DNA of 64,000 bases, taken from contig OZ076409.1 of NCBI GenBank assembly GCA_964187785.1, positions 81,594,001-81,658,000 of the forward strand, written 5' to 3'. Every line of letters starts with the position of its first letter. Within the stretch, counting starts at the first letter, position 1. Both the position numbers and the translations under genes were made by a program. Source of the DNA: Amphiscolops sp. MND2022. Its lineage: Eukaryota. The notes below the pieces were generated by a model. That model made no database searches. It was given only the letters and a program-made list of their open reading frames with translations, and was not told where the DNA came from. Positions 26,201 to 37,700 of the stretch are shown here, in pieces.

Positions 26201-26680
26201 TGACGAATGTTACATTGTTAAGGATAACAACACTGCATAATTGGAATTTCCATAGATTATTTGATTTGAACTTTTAAAAGTTATCTTCAAAAGGCAATAA
26301 CTCATTTCAAACAACAATTCATATAAAACAAAACGCCTGCTAAGCACCGGGAAATTTTCCGCGACACGCCTATTGCAAAAAAAAGTATGGCGAAGGAGAG
26401 GTTCGAACCCACGACCTACTGGCTGGGAAACAAAAAATCAAGCACCAGCCCGGGTAGGAACCCAGGACCTACAACCTGACTGAGCCACCATAATTGAACA
26501 AAGTGCTTAAATGGAGTAGATAAAGTGGAATTTTGATAGAATTAGTTAGAAAAAAACGCGTCACAGATCATGATTTTCCTTCCCCATTTATGTGGGCGGA
26601 AAAAACAGATCATGATTTTCCTTCCTCATGTAAGACGCCCACTGAACACCCGGATATTTTCCTCTTTGTCGAAGCGAATC

Positions 26681-26752
26681 AGGCGGCGTCGAGATTCGAA
26701 CCCACTGCCTACTGAATAATAGGCGGATGCACTACCAACTAAGCTATCGTAC
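26681..26752 (-). repeat. tRNA-derived repeat (SINE-head-like); another tRNA 3'-half-like piece at ~26388-26430
   Basis: Minus strand TAGCTTAGTTGGTAG (box A) and GGGTTCGAATCTC (box B). Anticodon arm is poorly paired. Confidence 0.55.
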
Positions 26753-27810
26753 GTCAAATAGCAACTAACAGAGTGTTTCATAAACAAGTAACTAAAATAG
26801 TCAAGTAACTAAAATAGTCAGCTGGATGGAGATCGTGGAGATTTGGCAGAATTTGGAGAAAACACGCAACACAAATATGATTTCCCTCCCATCATCTGTG
26901 GGCGGAAAATAACAAAACCGATTTCGAAAACTGCAGTGAAATTTTCTTGTATGAAAATCATGATTTTCATAGCAGAAAAAAATAGAAAGATTCATTCCAA
27001 ATAATCATTAGATAAATGTATTAAATCAACTTGGATTAGTGTTGAAATCATTGTATTATATAACACCTCAAACGTGAATATTTGTTATCCATCTTCACCT
27101 TGAGATAACCAAACGAACGAGCTTGACTGGAATACCCTAAAATGTGAAATGTAAAAAACTCTCACTTTGTCTTATTATGTATTGTCGCTTTAAAACTGTT
27201 GCTCTGTTGTTTTCCGACTTTCCTTTTCTTCTTGAATGTTTTGTCCACCTTTTGAAACTGGGAAACGTTCTGTTGATGATAATTCTGGGCGCTATCTCGA
27301 AGGAATGTTTTGTTAACAAAAATCTGTACTTAACGTGCAGAATCACGCTACGAAATTTTTCTAGTTTGGAGTTGTATGTCTCAAATCCGTGGCTGACTAA
27401 GATTGTTGTCTCATTGAAGAAAATATCAAAAATATATCTCTTAAGTTGAATTTTGGGATGCCAAACTTTGATGAAAGTTCGAAAGACAAAATCTATGGAA
27501 AAAAGATGGCAAAACATGGTGGAAACAAATTATTTTCCCTGGAGCATTCATCATGATACCAAATTAACAAAAGGGGTATTAAAACACCATCTTGTGTGAA
27601 CCAAATCAACATAAAATTCATCTGATTGGTAAGCAGTGAAAAAACTTGTCGAAGAAGACACAACTTGACCTGTTCTCAATTTAACTCGTTGAGTGAAAGG
27701 AAAGTAGAAAACTTTCAGGAAAAGGTCACCGAATTTCACATTGTGGTAAATGGATTGTAAAGATATAATTTTCAAGGTGAATAAATATTGAAACAGTGAA
27801 AGTGTGGATT

Positions 27811-30800
27811 GAAATGATAATTTTCAAGGTGAATAAAGATTGAAACAGTGAAAGTGTGCGTTAATTTCCGTCGCTTATCTCGATAATGATGTTTTTGCTG
27901 ATAAATTATTTCATCAAAGCTCATTACTTTTTTTTAGGACATCATTTGTAATCTCAAGACAGGGTGGAATCGTACAAGATCTCATTCCTTTAGCCAATGG
28001 TTTACGTCACGGATTTATCGCTCGCTCTAGAGTTATCAATTACAGGCAGGAAATAGCTGTCACCGATGCATAGAAGCGCAAAACTGGCTTAGTTATGTTA
28101 ATAACTTTTCCGCTGCTTGAAAAATAGGATTAAAATGAAACTACTTCATATCAATAATAAATTACGACACGCAAAAGGCCTAGAGGAAAATGAAAAATTG
28201 TCTTTCTTGTCAACAATCTATTGGACTATCTGGTATGTGTCTCAGCCTGTCAGCTGTGCTGGGTCCGAAGTGCAACAGTGAATGAAGAAGAACAGAAAAA
28301 GCTCTCACCCTGATGACTGAAACTGGCACTAACCACCAAATTCCTTCTTGAAAACTTGTATAAACATTTTAATTGGGGGTTATTTATTTAATTTGTCATT
28401 TTGAAAGATGCTAAACAAATGTCTTAAACAACCCTTTTTGTAATAAGTTTGCTCTATGCATCAAAGGAGGGCTAAAATGCATTAAAACTTGAGACAATTT
28501 ACCTAAAAAATTATTGTATGACTAATAGTTTACGTAATGATATCATTTTTGAATACAACACCATTAAATGAACATTTGTGCTGATGACTATGCGTCATTA
28601 TACGTTTTGAGCTTTGTTGAATATTCACAATCATGCATTTTCTATAATTGAACTATGCGACATCCTACGGTTCGATGCCTGATGATTACCCGTCACTATG
28701 CGGACTACCACTATGCGGTATCCCGCGGTTTGATAAGTAACGTATACTCGTCAGTATGCGTTTTTAGCATGATCACCATTCAAAATGAGCTGTGACGTTG
28801 TACATTTCGATTATATTTCCGAGCACCCGGTCGACAGTCTCTAACGAAGTTTTCCAGGGTTTTATTGGACCTATTCATCAGTTTTGAATGTGATAAAAAT
28901 ACCCTGACGTAATGATGATGCTATTCTATTTTTGCTTCCCAGGCTAGCGTCGTTCCTCTAAAAAGGAGTGTCATGCTCCCAATTTTCTGAAGTGAAATAA
29001 CTTTAGAATTGATATTCATTCCAATTTTGACCCTCATCGTGATCAGTTGCTATAATCATCACCCTAACTAAACTGTAAAAGCAGTTTCTTTCAACATTTG
29101 CATCGTTTCTTTGAAATATCTTTTGGTATTTGGAATACTTCAAGACAATTCAAACTCTTCCCCAACAATCAAAATACACCTTTTCGCTTGAGCAAGATGG
29201 GAAATAAGAGAAACAGAAGGTCCAGGAGACTGGCAACACCATCTCCTGACAGGGAATTGAACGAAATCAGTTAAAAACACCTAATCCATGTAATGAGACT
29301 TTATCTAATTCTAATGTTAATGTTCAAGAAGGTTTAGGTGAAAACAGCTCTTTAAATCAATTAACTGAACACAGCTTACTCAACAGTGAAATTCAAGTAT
29401 GGACCCAAATAATGGAACAAAAGAATGATAGCAAAATCGAGAAAATGAGAGAAGAAATGAATAGTAAACTTGAGGCGATTTTGAGTTAAATCAAATAAAA
29501 CTGCATCAACAATGACAAAGCCAAGGTCAGATTTCAACGAAATGCAAGATTCACAACCTTCGGCATCCAAAACAGCCAAGTCTATAGGAGTTCACGCATC
29601 TATTAACGAAAACTCAGATTCCGAAAATGACGATTTTCCTCTCAGAGCTTCTAAAATGAAGGACCTAAAGCATCCTGCAAAACCGCTATTCCGGAGCGTA
29701 TTTGATGTAGATTTGTCGCAGGCTGCCGCCTGTGACGGCACATTAATAACGACGTCAGCGGAAAACCAAGAAATTGTCCCAGGTACCCTACCCACGTTTT
29801 AAACTTTCCCTTACTGAAACCTATTTTACTAGTTAATCACATTCGTTTTGTTTATTCAAGTGCATTTTTATAATTGTTCGTGATATTAGTCTGTTAAAAT
29901 TACGATTTGAAACTATCCAAATCAGGTTGTGTTTTGAGATTTGTAAAAGGAAGTTTGGTGTATTGCAAATAGAGTGTTGAAATTATTCAAAGCGGAAATG
30001 ATAATTTTCAAGGTGAATAAAGATTGAAACAGTGAAAGTGTGCGTTAATTTCCGTCGCTTATCTCGATAATGATGTTTTTGCTGATAAATTATTTCATCA
30101 AAGCTCATTACTTTTTTTAGGACATCATTTGTAATCTCAAGACAGGGTGGAATCGTACAAGATCTCATTCCTTTAGCCAATGGTTTACGTCACGGATTTA
30201 TCGCTCGCTCTAGAGTTATCAATTACAGGCAGGAAATAGCTGTCACCGATGCATAGAAGCGCAAAACTGGCTTAGTTATGTTAATGACTTTTCCGCTGCT
30301 TGAAAAATAGGATTAAAATGAAACTACTTCATATCAATAATAAATTACGACACGCAAAAGGCCTAGAGGAAAATGAAAAATTGTCTTTCTTGTCAACAAT
30401 CTATTGGACTATCTGGTATGTGTCTCAGCCTGTCAGCTGTGCTGGGTCCGAAGTGCAACAGTGAATGAAGAAGAACAGAAAAAGCTCTCACCCTGATGAC
30501 TGAAACTGGCACTAACCACCAAATTCCTTCTTGAAAACTTGTATAAACATTTTAATTGGGGGTTATTTATTTAATTTGTCATTTTGAAAGATGCTAAACA
30601 AATGTCTTAAACAACCCTTTTTGTAATAAGTTTGCTCTATGCATCAAAGGAGGGCTAAAATGCATTAAAACTTGAGACAATTTACCTAAAAAATTATTGT
30701 ATGACTAATAGTTTACGTAATGATATCATTTTTGAATACAACACCATTAAATGAACATTTGTGCTGATGACTATGCGTCATTATACGTTTTGAGCTTTGT

Positions 30801-32177
30801 TGAATATTCACAATCATGCATTTTCTATAATTGAACTATGCGACATCCTACGGTTCGATGCCTGATGATTACCCGTCACTATGCGGACTACCACTATGCG
30901 GTATCCCGCGGTTTGATAGGTAACGTATACTCGTCAGTATGCGTTTTTAGCATGATCACCATTCAAAATGAGCTGTGACGTTGTACATTTCGATTATATT
31001 TCCGAGCACCCGGTCGACAGTCTCTAACGAAGTTTTCCAGGGTTTTATTGGACCTATTCATCAGTTTTGAATGTGATAAAAATACCCTGACGTAATGATG
31101 ATGCTATTCTATTTTTGCTTCCCAGGCTAGCGTCGTTCCTCTAAAAAGGAGTGTCATGCTCCCAATTTTCTGAAGTGAAATAACTTTAGAATTGATATTC
31201 ATTCCAATTTTGACCCTCATCGTGATCAGTTGCTATAATCATCACCCTAACTAAACTGTAAAAGCAGTTTCTTTCAACATTTGCATCGTTTCTTTGAAAT
31301 ATCTTTTGGTATTTGGAATACTTCAAGACAATTCAAACTCTTCCCCAACAATCAAAATACACCTTTTCGCTTGAGCAAGATGGGAAATAAGAGAAACAGA
31401 AGGTCCAGGAGACTGGCAACACCATCTCCTGACAGGGAATTGAACGAAATCAGTTAAAAACACCTAATCCATGTAATGAGACTTTATCTAATTCTAATGT
31501 TAATGTTCAAGAAGGTTTAGGTGAAAACAGCTCTTTAAATCAATTAACTGAACCCAGCTTACTCAACAGTGAAATTCAAGTATGGACCCAAATAATGGAA
31601 CAAAAGAATGATAGCAAAATCGAGAAAATGAGAGAAGAAATTAATAGTAAACTTGAGGCGATTTTGAGTTAAATCAAATAAAACTGCATCAACAATGACA
31701 AAGCCAAGGTCAGATTTCAACGAAATGCAAGATTCACAACCTTCGGCATCCAAAACAGCCAAGTCTATAGGAGTTCACGCATCTATTAACGAAAACTCAG
31801 ATTCCGAAAATGACGATTTTCCTCTCAGAGCTTCTAAAATGAAGGACCTAAAGCATCCTGCAAAACCGCTATTCCGGAGCGTATTTGATGTAGATTTGTC
31901 GCAGGCTGCCGCCTGTGACGGCACATTAATAACGACGTCAGCGGAAAACCAAGAAATTGTCCCAGGTACCCTACCCACGTTTTAAACTTTCCCTTACTGA
32001 AACCTATTTTACTAGTTAATCACATTCGTTTTGTTTATTCAAGTGCATTTTTATAATTGTTCGTGATATTAGTCTGTTAAAATTACGATTTGAAACTATC
32101 CAAATCAGGTTGTGTTTTGAGATTTGTAAAAGGAAGTTTGGTGTATTGCAAATAGAGTGTTGAAATTATTCAAAGCG
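27811..32177. repeat. Tandem duplication, units 27811-29994 and 29995-32177 (~2183 bp)
   Basis: Identical ORFs at 29512/31695 and 29592/31775. Few differences (one T-run indel, isolated SNPs). Confidence 0.95.
28238..29994 (+). mobile_element. Duplicated copy of the left part of solo LTR C (28238-29713) plus the first 281 bp of LTR A (29714-29994)
   Basis: GTATG|TGTCTCAGCC at 28238. AGATT|TGTCGCAGG at 29714. Confidence 0.85.
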
Positions 32178-33645
32178 GTAACGTACAATAAGCAGGTCAA
32201 ACCCGAGAAGGAAACGTGTTCAAGTAAGAAAACGTCCCTTCTCGGCGATGTAACTTTCAGTAAGATTATTAGCCAATCAGAGCTTTCCTTTTGCTAATTA
32301 TGAGTGCTTTATTTATGATGGCCGGATATGGCTAATTGACTAAGCGGTGCTAATTTATATCAGGCCCTCAGTCAAATGGACGGTTTCGGCCAATTCAAGC
32401 ATAATAATACCTTTGTTGCCTAATTGGATCAATACTTACGCGGAGTTATTAAAATCATGTTTTTAGTTTAAATAAATACGTTTGTGATGTTTTGGTGTTT
32501 GTATACTTTTAACTTGGATAAAGGGACAGTTAAGGCCTTTTACCATGTCTTTCATATGCGCAGTACATGTTATGGATTTGGGCCTATACCGGCCCTGATA
32601 TGCGAGTGTATTTTCGCGAACATCGATGCAGTATTAGAATTCCACACATAGTAATGCATTTCGTTTTCAGCTTAATTTGCAGTAAACTTGTGCCGGCACG
32701 TGCCTTCGTTTTACATTGCCATAAAATATGCAGGCTGTGGTATTTGTTTACATCACACTTGAAGTAGGCCTAACTGATAAATTGTTTGAAGTTGCTACTT
32801 AAAATGATGACTCTGAATACCATTCCTTAAATGTCCCCCGGAAATATGTAGTTGTCGGGGATTTTCCTATGATGATTGTAAAATCCTACGATTTGTCTTG
32901 ATCAAAGTATGTAAAAAATGTGTGTGTCATCCTTCAGGGGCATAAATACCCATATCCCTGCAGGAGGACTCATACTTTGTATTTCTCTCCATTTGATAAA
33001 GACGTCCATAATACAAACGGTTTCACTGTTAATTTTCCGGAATTGATAATTCAAGTCTTCAACCCGGTTCAGTCTTAATGCCTACCACAAGAAAGCAAAA
33101 GAATGCAAGGAAATCTAGAGGATTGGAAATTCTCTCTGACATTGAAAAACTTGACATAATGTTAGGTGAAAATCACTTCAATGATACGAGGAGAGACGAA
33201 AGTCTCGATGGAACTTCCATTAGAAGGCAAGAAAGTATCATAAGTAATAACTTGGAAAATGAGGAAATGGATCTCCATTCTGACCATAGAAATCTTGGAG
33301 TTGGGACTAGTACCGGGTACGACCAAAATTCAGCAAGTATAGATTCTCAAGCTGAAATCAATAAGTTGTCGAGTGAATTGAACTCTAGAAGATCTAGAGA
33401 AATGGATGTAATGATGGACAGTGTTAGTTCTCAGATTCAGAGAGCCATAAGTGACGCCATAAATAATCAGGTTTTGCCCCAGATTCAAAACGTCATTATG
33501 GCCGGTTCAGGACAGGAGACTAGAAGGGGATGGGAGAGATCTGACGAGAGACCGGAAAGCTATTCCGAAGTTCAGTACAACGCGAAAACTAGAACTACCC
33601 TCAGTAATGAACACGGTGATAAAACAAACCGTAACGTTCATGACA
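31897..33645 (+). repeat. 5' LTR of element A (1749 bp)
   Basis: Direct repeat of 46253-47991, immediately followed by TGG (PBS). Confidence 0.93.
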
Positions 33646-34772
33646 TGGTGACAGGAGACAACGAATCTCCAAATCAAGTTCCTGAGTTTCTCACAGGACA
33701 AATCTCATCCAGAAATCACCTCGACAGGTCCTTTGAGGACATCAACCTCGACACGACGATCCCAGCACAAGAGAGAATCACTACGGCTGCTGACTCTGAC
33801 CCCATCACTCGACTGGCAGACGTCTTGACTTCAATGCAGACAAGACCGACAGCCCAACAACTTACCATACGCCCAGTCAACTCAAATACCATGGCATTCG
33901 ATGGCAAAAGCAAAAAATTCGAGCTGTTCGAAGACCTATTTCACACTATGATCAAGATGCAGCCAGAAATGACTGAGCAAATGAAGATCAACCACTTCCA
34001 CTCTTTATTGAGGAAGAATGCTCTTCAGACATTCAGAAATATCAGCTCAAGCTACCGACAAACTGTAGAGGACGTATTAGTCATTTTTAGACGAAAATAC
34101 GTCAAGCCCGAGTCACAGGCGACTGCCAAACATAAATGGCACCGTCTGGTCTTCGATCCCAATACGATGAAACTGCCTGATTTTCTCGAAGAATTAAACC
34201 AGGGAGCCGAGAAGGCGTTTGGTGATCATGCGCAGAAAATGATTGACAGCTTGCTTTATGCAAAACTGCCACCAAAACTGAAGCGGTCCGTCAACATGGC
34301 CAGATTAGAAAATGGCTCCTACGATGAGATAGTTGCTCATTTGGAGAGAGAATTAGAGCTTAACGCCCTCGAGGAGTCAGATGACCTACCAATGGCCACA
34401 ATGACCTCCTCGACTACAAAATCTAAAACTCCTCTGTCCACTGGGCAAATGTCAGACATTACTTGCAATTACTGCAAGGAAAAGGGCCACATGGTCAAGG
34501 ACTGCGAAAAACTGAAAAAGAAAAAAGAAAAAGATGCCCAACAAGGCAAGTCGACGCAGAAGAAAACATATCCGGAGTGTGGCACTTGTGGGAAAAAGAA
34601 CCACCCGGAGGAGAGATGTTGGCAAGGTGCTGGTGCACATCTTAAACCCAAGCGCACTAGACCTGAGGACTCAACTGACAATAATCCCAATCCCAAGGCT
34701 CAGAAACCTCAGACCAAACCGACATTATCGGGCTCCCAATCCTCATATTCTAATGATGATTCAAAAAACTAA
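33078..34772 (+). CDS. gag: Gag (564 aa) with two CCHC zinc knuckles; starts inside the 5' LTR
   Basis: CNYCKEKGHMVKDC and CGTCGKKNHPEERC. Capsid-like FDGKSKKFELFEDLF region. The ORF is intact. Confidence 0.92.
   Translation: MPTTRKQKNARKSRGLEILSDIEKLDIMLGENHFNDTRRDESLDGTSIRRQESIISNNLENEEMDLHSDHRNLGVGTSTGYDQNSASIDSQAEINKLSSELNSRRSREMDVMMDSVSSQIQRAISDAINNQVLPQIQNVIMAGSGQETRRGWERSDERPESYSEVQYNAKTRTTLSNEHGDKTNRNVHDMVTGDNESPNQVPEFLTGQISSRNHLDRSFEDINLDTTIPAQERITTAADSDPITRLADVLTSMQTRPTAQQLTIRPVNSNTMAFDGKSKKFELFEDLFHTMIKMQPEMTEQMKINHFHSLLRKNALQTFRNISSSYRQTVEDVLVIFRRKYVKPESQATAKHKWHRLVFDPNTMKLPDFLEELNQGAEKAFGDHAQKMIDSLLYAKLPPKLKRSVNMARLENGSYDEIVAHLERELELNALEESDDLPMATMTSSTTKSKTPLSTGQMSDITCNYCKEKGHMVKDCEKLKKKKEKDAQQGKSTQKKTYPECGTCGKKNHPEERCWQGAGAHLKPKRTRPEDSTDNNPNPKAQKPQTKPTLSGSQSSYSNDDSKN
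33646..33658 (+). promoter_or_regulatory. Primer-binding site (tRNA identity not assigned), embedded in gag codons MVTG
   Basis: TGGTGACAGGAGA directly after the LTR end CA; TGG is complementary to the tRNA CCA end. Confidence 0.8.
34763..34769 (+). promoter_or_regulatory. -1 ribosomal frameshift slippery site between gag and pol
   Basis: A AAA AAC directly before the gag TAA. The -1 frame is open from 34769 into pol ORF 34868. Confidence 0.8.
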
Positions 34773-37700
34773 CTTCGCCACGACTCCAATATAACGAATT
34801 AATATCTGTCCGACAGTACATCAGATCGGACCCTCCAAAACAGACTTTCCACCAATACAATCAGCAATTGATGGGCTATCCCTCTGTTGTCTGGCAGCAG
34901 CAGATGGAAAAAGCCACCATCATCACTTACAATAACACCCATTTGTTCCAGAAACCAATTTCTGTTTGGGACCCTGATTACACCACCACCTTCACTACCC
35001 GGTTCAGGCCCATTCCCCTGATCGATGACTACAATCCAACATACATCGATCCAGACTACAACAGAGATCCCTACTGGGACACCGAGCTTTACAACCAAGA
35101 TTCACTACAATTTCAATATGTCCTGGACGATATTGAACACTATAATAGAACAGTCCACGAGAACCCTCCAATTACCCATAACAAGAAAACAAGAGCGCTA
35201 ATTGAAAACTGGCAAATGAATGATGGCACAAACCATCCAGTGTTCCCAAACCCATTGGGGACCGAGACCCATGACAGCAATGCTGAACCCATACCACAAT
35301 CATTGATAGACAAGAAACAGTTCCAAAATGTCTTAATCACTAGAGACGGTGAACCAGACTGTATACCCCTGTCAACCAACATCAACCTCAAATGCAAAAA
35401 ACGCATGTTGTATTTCCCAATGGACTTTGGGGATTTGACCATTGACGGACTCATTGACACTGGAGCGCTGTCCAGTGCAATTCCTGAAATGGACCTCCGG
35501 AAAATTCGACTTTTATCTCCAGAATCCGTTATCCGGGAAGGTCCGCCTCCGAATTTCCAAATCATGGTCGCTAATGGGCAACTGGAAACTCCCAAGAGTA
35601 CCATAGAGCTCAAATTTGAAGTTGGTGACATTGAATTCCACGAAATTTTCATAGTAATGGAACACTTGACTGGACCGATTATTGGACTGATGTTCCTTCA
35701 GCGAAACCATACAGTTCTGGATATGCGCCAAGGGATACTGAATTTCCCGTTCTTTTCGATGCAGCTCAAAACGGCTGACCATAAGTATTCAAATGTATTG
35801 GAACCATATCTCAACCCTATTGAGATAACTATTCCACCAAACGATAAAGTCCTAATTAGGACCAATTCCCTACTCTACCCCGAGAATGCTGTCACTGGAA
35901 TTTTGCAACCGAGCGACCTTCTACACGAAGAAGGCGACATCACATTTTGCCCAGCTTTGGTCACTCTGAATGACGGCAATATATTGATACCAGTGAACAA
36001 TTTCACAGACCACCCTTATAAACTCAAAAAGGGACTCCATATTGCCAATTTCTCTGTCATGACACCAGAACAGATGAAGTATGTCAAACCGGTAGATCCG
36101 GCATCAACCTGGCACCTGTTGCAGAATGACCAAGAGCAAGCAGCCATTACGTCAGCAGTCTCATCAAGACCAATAGAAATCCGCAAAACTCTGAAAATTA
36201 TTGGTTCCCAACTCCAGAAAATCCTGGAAATCCTGAGGAACACACACCTATACAAAAACGAATCCTACGCGAGTTACAGGCCCTACAGGACCTGGAGACA
36301 CTCGACCCTACTACAGATGCAGAATCGCGTGCAAAATTCTTAAAAAACTTTGACTGTAAAGATTCCACCCTTACTCCTGAAGAGAAGGAGAAAATTGAGG
36401 AATTGTTAGTGGAATTCCATGACATCTTTGCGCGACACCGATTTGATATAGGCATGAACGAGGAATTCAAGGTGAAACTGACGCCTAAGGACGATTCCCC
36501 AGCCTATAGTCAAAACCTTCCAGCTCCTATCAACTTGAAGGAGGACATCCTAGTTGAATTAGCCATGTTACACAAATATGGCATAATAACCACACTGCCA
36601 TTCTCGAAATATGCAAGTCCAATATTCGCACAAAAGAAGCCGAATGGGAAACTCCGACTCTTGGTTGACTTGAGAAAAATCAACAACCTCATATCGGATG
36701 ATTATAACAACAATAATCACCCCGTCAGTACACTAGTTGATGCCGCCCAACACTTGGCAGGCAAAAAACTGTTCTGTAAATTAGACTGTTCGCAGGCATA
36801 CCACTGCCTACCAATGGCCGACCAACGCTCAATCGAAATGTTGGCTTTCAATTTTGCCAGTCGCACATTCGCTTACAGACGTTTGGCACAAGGCCTTAGT
36901 CGGTCACTATCCGCACTATACGGTCACTAGTGACTATCGGTCACTATTCTCGAGTTTCATGAGAGAATACCTTGACAAAGTCATTAAAGCGGATCAGTGT
37001 GCCCAGTATGTGGACGATATCGGCATTGCAGCCAATGATGTTGACCATTTCATGACGAACCTGAGAGCTACGTTCAAATGCATTCAGGAAGCAGGCCTTA
37101 AGTTAACAATGCACAAATGTCACTTCGGTGCAAAAGAAATTGATTTTCTCGGACGAACAATTACCCCACAAGGCGTCAAACCCCAGAAACAGAACGTGCA
37201 AAACTTTCTGGAAAAGACCAAATTCCCGAAGTCGAAAAAGGCTTTACAACGATATTTGGGATTCCTAAACTACTACAGGAATTATGTCCCAAGACTCTCC
37301 GAACGCCTTGCTCCATTCTACAAGATGCTCAAAAGTGACGAAAAGGTCCTAGTATCGAAAGAATTAGTCCAACAATTCGAACAAATCAATAAAACACTAG
37401 ACAAATGTTGCGACTTGGCCCTACAGCAACCCATTCCAAACAAGCAAATAGCACTAATGACTGATGCAAGCTTTGGTGCAGCCGGGTACGCGGTCCTAAT
37501 CGAAGACGACCCTAGCCAGAAATTTACGTCGCTCAGAAAATCGTATGCACCAGTCGCATATGGATCAAAAACTTTCACCCCAGCACAGATCAAAATGTCA
37601 ATTTATGCCAAGGAATTCCTTGCAATCTATTTCGCATTCAAAGAATTCGGACATATCTTCTGGGGTGCGCCGAAACCGGTCATCATCCTTACAGACAACA

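Noticed and set aside
26388..26752. Functional tRNA genes
   Set aside because: Box A/B motifs are present but the arms pair poorly, and flanks are shared with another copy at 17165-17290. More consistent with a tRNA-derived repeat.
23500..27800. Short ORFs suggesting a decayed gene or DNA-element relic (also 48200-49500 and 61500-64000)
   Set aside because: No recognisable motifs; AT-rich ORFs of chance length. Would need tBLASTx or repeat-library searches.
29512..29802. Independent 96-aa gene (also at 31695)
   Set aside because: It is a chimera across the solo LTR C / LTR A insertion junction.
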